Positions 40,601 to 52,768 of a stretch of 64,000 nt of DNA are shown piece by piece. Source of the stretch: Phoronis australis (lineage: Eukaryota > Animalia > Phoronida); assembly GCA_002633005.1 (NCBI GenBank), contig NMRA01000143.1, positions 501,402 through 565,401 of the forward strand. The letters are read 5' to 3'. Position 1 is the stretch's first letter. The number at the start of each line of letters is the position of its first letter. Position numbers and translations under genes: made by a program. The notes beneath the pieces were generated by a model. The model was not told where the DNA came from. It saw nothing but the letters and a program-made list of their open reading frames with translations, and did not search any database.

Positions 40601-43600
40601 CACTGATAAAGTACAACTCACCCTTTCCTGCCTCTTCTCATACGATGATTTCTCCTCGCGCTTGCCCCCCAATATATCTTCAACCGCCTCTCCATCGCTG
40701 CTGTCTGAGGCCAAGAGGTCACCCTGGCTACTACCACTGACAATAAAGTTAAGTACAAAGCTTATTAAAGTTCAACTCAGACACAAACCGAATGCCCTGA
40801 TAATGTCGTACACGCCACTCGTGACCTGTTGCTTACAGTGAACAGTTTCATTTGAGAATTTTACAGTAAAGAAAGATGTGACCGATAACAAAGTACGAAA
40901 ACTTTCAACAACCTATGGCAGTTACATACATGTCTATTATGCTTCAACACACTCTGTTCTGTTCCTGTGTCATATAAAAGGATGATAAAATACAGCAGAA
41001 ATGAAGCCAACTTTGTCAGTGTCAACTTTGGACTGGAATCTGTGCCTAGTTGAAGAATATGACAAATTAATTGATAAGGATGAAGGGCTAGGTGCAACAT
41101 TAATACTACTCTGGATTAACCTTTGACCTCAGTCCTGTTTTTGTATTTGTCTTCCCTGAATACAGTGTGCTTAGTATTTGTTGACTGCAATGGTTGTGTT
41201 GCTTTATTCATCTCTCGCTATAATTTCCACAACTCCTGAAGACTATAATTTGAACAGTTCAACATGTTCATTACCTCTGAATAGTGCAAACAAACACCTC
41301 TTAACTAACCTGAGGCATTCTCAATAAAAGTGAACATTTTGTTATCATGAAAGACAATTAATCAGCGTAACAGAAGAGTACTGGTCATTAGAAATGGGGT
41401 TTATGAGAAAAGAATATACAACAGTAAGTAAATAGTTCATGTGAGCTCCAATTCAACTTGTGTGGCATGAAGTCTGGAAACCCAAGGACAAGAGCACGAA
41501 AAGTGTGAATTAAATTTAAATTAAACAGTCAGAGAGAAGTGAGCAGATAATGTAACACATTGAAACATTGTCTGTTCAGGGTAATAATGAGTGTAACTTA
41601 TATTAACTTAGTGTAATTTACCTCATGTCCCTGTCTAATGTGTCGTGATCAGTGGCAGTAAATTTGACTTTCTTACTGGGATGAGTGTCCTCCGGTTCGT
41701 CAAAGAAGTCCTTGTACATAAAATTCTAGGAGAAATGAACTTCAATTATCATGCGTATTTCCCGTACATTTTTCACGTGTAAACTAACAGTAATCATGGG
41801 CAGCGCACCATAGGGGGCTAGGGAGGGCTATAGCCCCCCACTTTTTTCAGTGATGGTCTATAGGCAGAGCACCACAGGCGGGCTGGGGGGATTTAGCCCC
41901 CCACTTTTTTCAGTGCTGCGCTGCCCGTGCTAATGAGTGTTTGGGTCAAACTAAAATCAAAACCAATCATGAATCTTGCCGAATGATTTCACAAGTTTCA
42001 AACAATATACATGTGGAAGTGCATTTGGAAAATTAATGACAATGATTCTAAGCAGTGTGTTCTGTACGTAATAACACAAGCGATTACTTAGTGCCAATAC
42101 GCGAAAATTAATTTCAAATATTATACTATTAATCATCGATATATTCTAAATTTTTGGAAGTATGAGTATGTGTGCTCCTTCTAAAGTGAAATGTCCTTAG
42201 ACAATTACTTGACAAACACGCTCTAACTTCAAATGATTAAATTACTAATTCAATACCATCTAACCTGTTGTTCCTCTCCTAAATCAACTTCAATTTCATC
42301 ATCGTCATCACCATCGTCATCATCTTTTCCACGCTCTCTTCCTTCCTGTTCAAATTTAGCATCTTCCCGCTCCAAGAATGTCTCCATGTCTGCCATTTTA
42401 AAGAATTTATCATCAACTACCGTTTTCCTCTTTTTTAGTCTTCCCTTCGGTTTACCCTCACCGCCCGACTCCTCTTCATCTGTCCCACCACCAGATGGCG
42501 CTTTTTCGTCATCCTGTTCCGGCTCATATTCTTCAAAACCTGCAAAGTCCGAGTCCTCAGAATCATCTGGATTTCCAATTGTCCATTTCGAGGCATTTTT
42601 CAACCCCAACCTCTCCTTTAATTCCTCCAAGTCTCCATCATCACCGACATGACTATCTTTGTCAGAGTCATTTTCCAAAGACTCACCAACGTCGGTGGTG
42701 CTGTCATCAACATGATCCTCACAAGTGTCAACACCCTCACCGGTACTCTTAGTTCCACTAGTCCTTAAACCAAAACCGGCATCACCCTCCCCGACTAATA
42801 TTTGTGACGACCGCCTTATAACATGGTTGATGCTTGGTTTATTCTGCAGTTCAATTTCCTGCCAAATCTGTTCTTCATCAAACTGGTCCACTATGAGCTC
42901 TGGAAGTGCTTCACTATTCTCTTCTCCATCTTTTTCGATAGATTTTATAAAATCGTACAAAGTTTTAGTTGTGTTTCGCAGATTATCCGACAAGGAAGTC
43001 TGTATACTACAAGGTAAAGATAAGCTCATACAAACATTAATTGCTGTTAAAATTAGAGTTCTCGGCATGCGCCGTTCAAACTAGGAAATTACATCGCCGT
43101 GTATGCCACAGGCATACACAGGTGATAGTACACCCCCATAAAAAGTTACTCATCTCAAAATACAGCGAATAACATCGAAAGAAACATGTATACATATACA
43201 TTAGGTTATAATTAGTGTACCATGACTCTGCTGACAGCATAGTAATGAAGCATGATTTGAACATATCCAAGCTTCCCTCACCAGGAGCCTGGTTGAAGAT
43301 ACGCAAAATCATGCATGTTGACGAGCAAAAAGTCCAAGGGATACAAAACTTACAAATTCCACCATGCTTATTTTTGCAAGCGCCAGGTTATGTGCTTTGC
43401 TCAGTCTTGCGCTTGTCTTTGCCTAACTTGCGTGACATCAAATCAATTGAAACACTAAAATGTGGTTATCATTTGCGATTAAAAACTTAACAACCAAAAA
43501 ATGGAGTTGGAATTCTTATTCAAAATTAATTTGAGAAACGGGCGCGTTGTTTAGTGAATGCCTGGTGTAGTATTATATGCAGTGTATTGGGGACGATCAG

Positions 43601-43831
43601 AAGCTGAGTGGGGACGATCAGAAGAAGCTGAGGACGCCTGTGGAGGCAATACCATATTCAGATATTCAATGGGAGCGATTGGTCCTCAGATTAGGGACCC
43701 ACATATTTGACTATTACCACTTCCGTTAAACAGTGATCAAATTACCTTAAAAATTTTTCAGGCTTATTAGTTAAACCAGAAAAATTCGCCAGGAGATCTT
43801 CCACCACGTTCATGTTATAGGAGGCGGCCAT
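31649..43831 (-). CDS. MPHOSPH10: U3 snoRNP protein MPP10, 11 exons, ~664 aa
   Basis: Exons 43831-43746, 43006-42265, 41725-41622, 40736-40622, 40008-39867, 39318-39251, 37137-37000, 34991-34878, 34355-34248, 33694-33464 and 31795-31649 are phase-consistent (1995 nt). Mpp10 motifs: [85 protein letters not shown] and the C-terminal KFKL. Confidence 0.97.
32260..32480. repeat. Degenerate tandem repeat, ~41-bp unit x5
   Basis: GACTCTGCACCCTTAATAGGTCACTCGAC.. repeated in the last MPP10 intron. Confidence 0.8.
35674..36520. mobile_element. Helentron/HINE-like repeat (copy 4, in an MPP10 intron)
   Basis: Same terminus, cores and terminal hairpin (CCACATGTAAATATGTGG-GCGCATAAAAA). Confidence 0.6.
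41795..41929. mobile_element. CA(T/C)GGGC MITE, inverted copy
   Basis: Reverse complement of 1451-1590; flanks GTAAT and CTAAT. Confidence 0.7.
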
Positions 43832-43940
43832 CTTGGTTTACTCTATTCTATAATCTGGACAGGATTAAGTTTGCTTGCTCTACATAGGCCGATAGCCCAG
43901 TCCATTATTGAGCGGCTTTAGCGACGGACGTCAGTGAGAA
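43823..43940 (-). promoter_or_regulatory. MPP10 proximal promoter/start region
   Basis: YY1-like CAAGATGGCCGCC overlapping the ATG and a CRE-like GACGTCA at ~43927-43933, typical of housekeeping genes. Confidence 0.35.
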
Positions 43941-44049
43941 TCGGGTCTTGCGTAATTGTTTCCTCAACGATAAGTACTTTTCCTCTGACTGATAATCCTG
44001 ATGCAAAACAATAATACAAACGTTTATTTGGAGTCATGAGTGAAGTACA

Positions 44050-46628
44050 GTGAAACGGCACATCGACTTATATCAGAACTCTGGGCAGCACCGGCCGCGG
44101 TGCTGCTACATGATTTTTCCAAAGACCTTGAAACCACGCCCTTTCATATTGCATCTGTATTCGATGACCCAGACTACAGCTTATGGTTCCACATGGAACT
44201 TTTTCGCTAAGTAATAGATGATCATGCTCTTTTAAAACAAAAAACTTTGCGGAAACCCCAAATTCCTTACATGAATAGAAACTTCCGACGAGCAATTGAA
44301 TGTCAAATCCATGCTCTGCAGAAAGTTTAATCGTTTCCCCTCAAGCAAAAATTAATTGGGAAGAAAAACTGTGTTACGGACATCGAAACGCACATCTAAA
44401 TGATACTTTCTGACAAATGATCCAAAATCGATTTGGTACAGAATTAAGCCGGTGTATCCGAGGCGGAGGAGGAACAATAACATAACACTCTGCGTAGATC
44501 ATCAGGTCCAAAACTCGTCCTGCTGAGATTTTCCAAACTTTTTCCAATCATTTCGCTCATTGCTTGAGTCAATCGAACGTGGCCCAAGATCAACACAGTT
44601 TTTCTGACCATCATGTAAGTATTGAGATTGTCCAATAGGACCTCCCTTCATGGTAATCTATGCCTCATTATTTGACTTTGAATCTCTCAACGAGTCTGAA
44701 CGTCTTGCCGGATCGAGCTCAGAAGGCTGAGTCCTTACAAGACGGGGCAATAGTCTGATATAACGTGTACGTTATATCAGACCATTACCGGCTACAGCTA
44801 GGGTACCACAACATACCACAAGTTTTATAAGTTTGGTGCACAAGACGTACTGGCCACTCACCTCACCGACTATTTATAATACTTGTTAAACTGTCTACAT
44901 ATCCACCCTCTCTCAAGCTTAGCCACATAACTCCGGTGACAAAATGGACATGTCATGTTACAGGCATGTTAATGTTTTATCCACCGTAAATCAAGTTTCT
45001 GAAAGACTTCTGTGAAAACAACTAAATGTTTACTTTGACAAAATTCTAAACAAAAACCTCTGTGCCTTTAGAAAGGGTTTTAGATGTGAAGATGTTCTCT
45101 TGAGGCACACTGAGGATCTCCGGCAGATCAGCCATGGACCGCGCGCTTGACTGCGGGATGCCCGGTTCTAATTGATTTATCAAAAGCATTCGACTACCTT
45201 CCCCATGCCTTACTGGTGTCGAAACTTGGTGCCTATGGTTGTTCTCAGAAAACATGTTCTTTTCTTTTCTCCTATTTGTCTGAGCGCTCTGTGAGAGTTA
45301 AAATTGAAAATATAGCACTTGGCACCCTGTCTCTAAAGGTGTTCCCCAAGATTCTACCCTGGGTCGTCTGTTATTCAATGCCATAAATGATATTTTATAT
45401 ATACTTGAAAGCAAGTGCAAGCTTTACAGTTACGCAAATGACAATACACTTGTACACTCTAATGACTCTACGGATAAAGTCAAACTTGTTCTGAACGCCG
45501 CAAATGAGGCTATGAGATGGTTTGACAATAATCGGTTTACAAACACTGAAAATTTCAAAGCAGTCACTCTTAGTGGGGACACACTCTGCGATTCCGAAAA
45601 TTTTCTTTATCTTAGCACGAATATTATTAAGTGTGAGAATTCTGTTAATCTGTTGGGTGTGCACACTGACTGTAAATTAAACTTCCATGAACATGTGGAC
45701 GCTCGACATCTGTGCCAAAGCAGCAAAAAATGTGTACCTTAATGTTCGTCTGTGTCATTAATTGGACACAGACACTAAGTTGAAGATTTATTATGCATTT
45801 ATTCGGTCATATTTTAATTATTGTCCTCTTGCTTGGTACTTATGTGGTGTTCAGAAAGCCAGAAAAATGGAAAAGGTTCAATAGCGGGCCTTAAAATTTG
45901 TTTTCAGTGACCACCAGTCGTCGTATTCCGCCCTTACTGTCTAAATCAAACTCTACTCCGTTTTTTGTTAAAAGGCTACAATGTCTTGGGGTGGCTGTTT
46001 TCAAGCATATGAATCTCTCTCCAGGGTGTCGCTCTCAGGCGTCTGCCCTAAGAGGTACGGGAGAAAAACACTTCATGTGTTGTAAGGTTCGCCACTACAT
46101 CATCCTATGGGCTTAATTCTATTCTCAATACCTTTATAAATGAGTTAAGTCGCCATTTACGTCAAACTTGTGAATGCCAATTCGCCTACGTTGTGAAAAT
46201 ACTGGGCCTGTTCCAAGAAACTGACTTAAGTTCATTTTTGACTTAAGTTTAAGATTTGTCTTAAATTCCAAACTTTGCAACTTCCACATTCGGTAAGTTA
46301 GTCAAAATTAAGACAAAACGTATGTCACACACTTAAAAGTTGAACTTAAGATCTCTTTCTTGAATTGGCTTTGAGACAAACTTAACTTGTATTTTAAAAT
46401 TTACTAAAATTTAAGATTTGTCTTAGCTAAGTCTGTTTTGTTGGAACGGGCCCACTGTCTTTTGATGCTTGAAAAGTCATGTATGTTTGTATACTTTCTG
46501 TACAGTAGCCCTTTTTCCTCTTCATACATATTAATTTCTCACCACATATCGGTCACTATAGCACTTGTGTCACTGTTTTGCTGTTAACATGTTCCGATTT
46601 AAAATAAACATTTTACTCACTTACTTAC
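44050..46628 (+). mobile_element. Decayed CR1/L2-group LINE upstream of MPP10
   Basis: Fragments PFHIASVFDDPD, VLIDLSKAFDYLPHALLVSKL.AYG, GVPQDSTLG, YANDNTL, VNLLGVHTDCKLNF and FNYCPL. It ends AATAAA..(TTAC)n at ~46603-46628 and is interrupted by a MITE at 46204-46453. Confidence 0.85.
46204..46453. mobile_element. PIF/Harbinger-like MITE (family A) inserted in the LINE
   Basis: TIR GGGCCTGTTCCAA..TTGGAACGGGCCC; interior matches 3693-3960. Confidence 0.7.
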
Positions 46629-49600
46629 TGTTCTCTAAACAGCTGTCATAGGAAATGCTTTATAGAACTAGGACCCAATAAATACGTATTCCCTAGTAGC
46701 TTAATTAAAACGTTCCATTTGTGCATGGCTGAGCGGCTTTTACCAAAAACTTCGGACTAAAAAATTCACAATACTGATGACAAACTTGCGACTCAACGCG
46801 ACAAATATTTATTGCATTGTTCTAAACATTAACGCACGTCCAACGATGATCCAACGTACGGTGTCATGCACAGTGGTGTATGACTATAATCACCTAACTG
46901 CGGGACTTAAGTCCTGACATTATCTATATCCTCAGTTGAAGTTTATGAATACTAGCCATAAAGCTTAATGAACACCAGTTTGCAAAGGGGTACTACACAT
47001 ATAAGTGTCCGGTGTCCAATTAAATATGCGGAAAGGTAAAGGCCTCTAAATCAAGTAAAATTTGCAACTGAAGTTCAACAAAAAATTCTATTGGCGTTTT
47101 GCCAAGTGCAGTATGTTTTTGACGGGAAGACTTTAGTAAACGACACTTACTCATGCGTACCGGGACTAAAAAACAGTCCCTGGCTGGGCCAGCCCGCTCA
47201 GAGGGTACTTTTTCCTCAGTTCGCCTGTCTCTGTAATTATACAACCATTCTAATTACATGAAATATCTATGGGTTTGTTGAACTTTTAAAGGTTAAATCT
47301 TTTGGAGTAAAATAAAACAACCATGCTATAGCTGGGCATGCATCAGGGCCCCTGATCATAGTTGCGTAAGCACAATAACGTCGCATTATCACGCGTCATG
47401 TTGTTATTGTTGAACAATGCACCGTGGCCTGACGTCATGCAACAATCATACTTTACAAGCGGTTAAATTTGAAGTTTTATGCAACCCAGCCCTTTGTAAT
47501 ACCAGACTTACACAACTAAATTTCGAAGTTGGTAATCATCAGCGGCTAGTTACTATTTCTCAGTGCACAGCAACAATGGGGAATTAAAACACTGAGTGCA
47601 AAAATGGCAAAGTTTCAGTTGAAAGTTCAAGAATACACAAGAGAAAGGCGCTAGAAATTGACAAAATATTTTCAAATGGTCCCGCAAATGGCCAACTAAT
47701 AATCGGCCACGTGGATACGTCGTACAGCAGTAGCCGGGCGGGAGAACTAACAATATTGCCCAATCTCTTCCTTTGTCTATGTCTACATATCTCGTACAAC
47801 ATGCACGCAGTGACGCCTGTTGGCAAAAAAGAGTAGTGAGTATCGTTTCGCCGTCAAACTGTTTTACTGGATTCCATTAGTCGTATGGGACATCGCTTCA
47901 AATGACCAATGTCATAAAAGGTACCCGTAATTGGCTTCAGTGTTCATAAGGTAACACTTGTTCTCAAAGCTTTTGGGCACTTGGCAATGTTGCCGATTCC
48001 TGCACAACGTGCAGTTTCGAATCTCGATGGCCGATCAAGACCACTGCGCATATTAATTAGCTTAGGCCTACTGGAAGGACTTTAAAGAAATTAATTATTA
48101 AGTAGTCTTACCACACAGTCATCAAGTGTTGTTTTTGATCGATCCTTGCACAAATTCTGAAGCTGCCGAACCGCAGGTTGGTGTCTAAATCTCCAAAAGG
48201 GCAAAATAATTGTGGAATTTTTGCTGACCTGGTTAAGTCAGTGGCCTATATTAGTTTGTCCGCCAACATTGCCCCCTGGGCTACGTTGGTGGTCCTCAAG
48301 GGTAACTCAATTCCAACTGATCGTTTTCGGGGTTTGTACTTTTCCACATATGTAGGAGAATTTCCTCTTTGTTCGTTTCAATTTCCACTTTCTTGATTTC
48401 CAGTTTCCTCTTTTTTCCTCAATCTTTTTTCATTTTGACTTTTTCATGCAAAAATAATTTCTTGTAAATAAATTTTACAAATTAAAATATTTCTTGCATA
48501 TAGGGCTATATTTATTTATGATATGCAAATTTGGTTAAATACAAGGCACTTTTAACTATCTTTACTCGATTCCCTTCGTATCCTGGGAACAAAGTTTGAC
48601 TTTCAACAGAACATGTCATTGGTAAGGTATTGATCAAGAGACATGGTAAAAGACACATGATATTTTGAAGCATGCTTGTTTAATTCTTGAGTGGAAATCG
48701 AAGATGAAGTAATACCAACAAGGAGCGAAAGCTACAAACATACACAGTGGGACACGGTAGAGTAGAATAAAGATAGACTTTAACAACGAACTTCAAAAAA
48801 GCATTTTTATTTTACCAATTTTGCATAACGGAAAACATGCTTCCCAAGTACAGCAAGGCTGTTCATTTGTGGAACCATATGTCACCTGGAAAATTTTCCT
48901 CTTTTTGTCATTGGTCATCATAACTATAGACCTTAGTTTTAAATGGGATCTGGTGATAACTGAAATGAGGGGTTCTGGTAGGTAATCTACCATGACGAAA
49001 ATCGACCAATTCCAAGTGTTTATGACTTTTGGTTTAAATGCAGTGACAGAACTGCTAGAGCGTTTCACTGGATTGCTTGTGAGTCATGCACAAACATTCC
49101 TCTGTAGATCTATACAAACTAAACACCTCACTAGTATATCCACATTAACTGTGAAGTCATCCCCCTTTGTTGGCAGTGAAGGTTATGGTTGCTAACAAAT
49201 TTACCGTTACTCTGCTGCTAAATTTTTGTGGAGCAATAACATGCACTGACTTTCAATGCCATGAAATAGAGTGTCACCTATTGGCTAGTTTCTTTTTTGT
49301 CAATTCAGAACGTTTTGGTTTCACTTTGTTGTATTTTTTAACATTTTCTTACCAGCAAACCAAATTGCTGAGCACATTCTTTTTCAGCGAAGCTGTCATT
49401 ATCTCCTGAAAGATGCGGCGAAACAACAAATAGCTCATGCGCATGTCACTGTTGCCAAGTGGACGACAGACTTTTTAGGCCCGTTCATGTGTGACAATTT
49501 GCTTGTATTGTTGACTTGAAAACAGCATGCTGATGACATGTTCACAATTTCCGTAGTGTGTGTGCTGAATTTGTGCAATGGTGCTGATCATCAAATGTTG

Positions 49601-49636
49601 TTATCTGAATATTTTAGGTTTCACCAAGTCTCCAGA

Positions 49637-52163
49637 ATGCCGCCACGAAAAAAGAAGATTCACAATCGTTCGGCTGAATTGTACGAGTCGGCCATGATTC
49701 TTCTGCAAAGCGGACACAGTCTCCGACGAGTATCCCGAGAATTGAGTATACCAGCGTCCACTCTTCATGATCATATGAACGGGAAATACAAAGGGCGTCA
49801 CAGTCTCCCTCTGGCTTGGAGGTGTTCATCCAATGAGGAAATCCAATCAGGGTGAGTTAGTTGAGCTGCTACTAGTGAGTAGGGATGACTACTTTGTGTC
49901 TGATATAAACCAGATTTGTCCAAGTCTTTTATTTTATCAATCGTTCTTGCCATATTTGTTTTTAATAGTATGTTAAAATTGACATAGATAGTGGGTACAG
50001 CTCTTCATCTCCCTTCCTCTCCCCTTTCCCTCTCCTCCATCTCCCCTGCCCCACCCCCTCCCCCTCCAGGTCCCCTTCCCCCTCCCCCTCCACTTACTAA
50101 ATCTCTCCTCACATGTTTATGTGATCTTGTGCCAAAATCTTCATTCATGTTTTTCTGAAACTTTGAAAGTCATCTTTACTGCTGAGCAGTGCGATTATTC
50201 TCTAATTACTAGGTCACCTTCCATGGATTCACAGAAAAGCAGCCCAGAAAAGTTCCCTGCAGAGGAAGAACAGCAGGCAGATGGTGGCCATTGTGAGCAG
50301 AGCAAGACAGAAATATGTGGGGACCAGGCTAAGACAGAAGTATGTGATGACCAGCTTTTACTTGTTGAAGGTGTAGCAAATGATGCAGCAAGTGTAGATA
50401 CCACTCCGATTAATGAAATATGCTCCGAGGATTCACTCACTGTGAAAGAAGGTAATGACGACATTGCTACGGATACGAAAGAGAATTTAGGGATTGAAAC
50501 TTTGGAAGATGCTAGCACAGACTCCACAGAGGAGAATGTTAGTGATGTCGACGTACTCTTTCATGTAGGCAAGAGCTCTAACAATAGCGGTTGTTCTGCA
50601 ATGGGAAAGCGCGCAAAACGCAATCAGTCAAACAAGAACAAGTTTATCTGCAAAACATGCAGCAAGGTGTTTACGTACGAAAAGTCATTCCAAACTCATC
50701 AATGTCGAAATAATGAGTTTTGTAACCTCTGCCAGAAGAGCTTTGCGACAAGCCGTTCTTTTGCGACTCATAGATGTTTCAAAGTGGTTGTATCGCATCC
50801 ATGTGAGCACTGTGGACGGGAGTTCCCGACTCTGCCCCGGCTGGAGAAACATGTTAAGGTCACGACGAAATGCGAGTCGTACTCCTGTGAGCTGTGCGAT
50901 CACATGGCATCGTCACTGTGTGCTCTTCGCCTCCATAAGAAGTCACATGTAAGGTCCAGTGGCACGATTCCCAGGGCACGTAAGTTTTTGTGCAGCATCT
51001 GTTCAAAAGCGTTCACTTCATCTTCACAGCTGCGCGTGCACATGCGTTGCCACACAGGTGAGAAGCCGTTCCCCTGTGACCTCTGCGACAGGGCGTTCTC
51101 CACCAAAAGCGCCATGAAAGTCCACCGTCGCCAGCACACTGGAGAGAAACCATACAAGTGTGAAGAGTGTGGCTGTGGGTTCATATCAGCATGTAGCCGG
51201 CAACTCCACGTCAAGAGGGTGACGAAAAAGGCAGAGTATTTGTGTGAAGTGTGCAATATAAATTTTACGGCATTGTGCTCTCTCCAAGTCCACAACAGCG
51301 ATTGTCACTCTGAAGTGGAGGAAGAGAAGAGATCTACTGCGGCTACGTTGGCGAATTTGCCGAGACGGCGAGCACGAAAGTTCCCTTGTACAATCTGCCA
51401 TAAGTTGTTCATCTGCAATGGTCATCTCGTGGAGCATTTGCGAGTGCACACTGGCGAGCGGCCATTCACGTGTGACATTTGCGGCAAAACATTTACCACC
51501 AAGTCCTCGATGACCACGCACCGCCACATACACTCAGACTCGCCTCCTATCAGGTGCCCGGTCTGTAATCGTGGCTTCTATCAGAAATGCTCTCTCAATA
51601 GCCATATGGTGACACATACCAAGGAGAAGCTTTACCAATGCACAATATGCGGCAAGCGGCTCTCTGTCTATTCATCATACAAAGACCACATGGCTATTCA
51701 TTCGGGCATTCGCCGCCATATCTGCTCCATGTGTGGTAGGGACTTTATTCACCGCTCGAGTCTGCAGCTGCATGAGCGGATACACAGGGGTGAGAAGCGG
51801 TACGCCTGCGAGATGTGCGACTGCCGCTTCACGGCTCTGCTCACGCTTAAGAACCACCGGCGAGTGCACACAGGTGAAAAGCCATTTGAGTGCCAGCAAT
51901 GCCAGATGAAATTTTCTCAATTGTCGTCATTGCTACGACACAGACAGTCAAAGCATGAGACTACGAGGAAATTCCAGTGCCATGAATGTTTCAAGTCATT
52001 TGTCACGCGTGACGGTTTAAAGGACCACTCCAGGGTTCATACTGGGGAGAAACCATACAAGTGTGCCATGTGCAACTCGCGGTTTGCCCACAGGAGTCAG
52101 TTCTTGCAACACAAGGCTAGTCACATTGCTGAAGGTGTTGTAGACTGTGGCATCACTGTTTGA
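49637..52163 (+). CDS. Pipsqueak-type HTH plus multi-C2H2 zinc-finger protein, 2 coding exons, ~721 aa
   Basis: Exon 49637-49851 (donor GG|GTGAGT, phase 2) joins exon 50213-52163 (acceptor TAG|G) in frame. Exon 1 encodes YESAMILLQSGHSLRRVSRELSIPASTLHDHMNGK (psq-type HTH). Exon 2 has an acidic linker and about 17 fingers, several with TGEKP linkers. An upstream coding exon is possible because the acceptor at 49617 leads into an open frame. Confidence 0.88.
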
Positions 52164-52442
52164 AGGATTATGAAGCAATGAACGCACAAATGAGCATTGT
52201 GTGCAATTTACCTAAGACCACAATTGTCAGCACTGAGAACACTAAGCTCAAGGCTGTAGGACAAAACAAAAACCATAATGGAATTTCATAGCTTTATGAG
52301 TTATGCATAGTTTGACCAGTGGCACATAATTACTCACAGATTCATTGTCAAAGAAGCCATGCAGGGTCTCAGCATGTAGTAAAACTACATGTTTAAAGGA
52401 CTTATCATTTTTACAGCCGATAGGCACATTCTAGAGATTACT

Positions 52443-52768
52443 GTTAGATGGGACCAGAGGTGTACCCACTATAACTTGTTGTTAGATGGGACAGACTTTG
52501 ACCAGAGGTGTACCCACTATAACTTGTTGTTAGATGGGACAGACTTTGACCAGAGGTGTACTCACTATAACTTGTTGTTGGATGGGACAGACTTTGACCA
52601 GAGGTGTACCCACTATAACTTGTTAGATGGGACAGACTTTGACCAGAGGTGTACCCACTATAACTTGTTGTTAGATGGGACAGACTTTGACCAGAGGTGT
52701 ACCCACTATAACTTGTTGTTAGATGGGACAGACTTTGACCAGAGCTGTACTCACTATAACTTGTTGTA
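52443..52768. repeat. Tandem repeat, 48-bp unit x~7, downstream of the ZNF stop
   Basis: GACCAGAGGTGTACCCACTATAACTTGTTGTTAGATGGGACAGACTTT recurs at 52452, 52500, 52548, 52596, 52641, 52689 and 52737. Confidence 0.93.

Noticed and set aside
42233-43084. Plus-strand Ser-rich ORFs
   Set aside because: Antisense shadows of the acidic MPP10 exon 2; the same applies to 33465-33813 and to the minus-strand ORFs over the ZNF exon.
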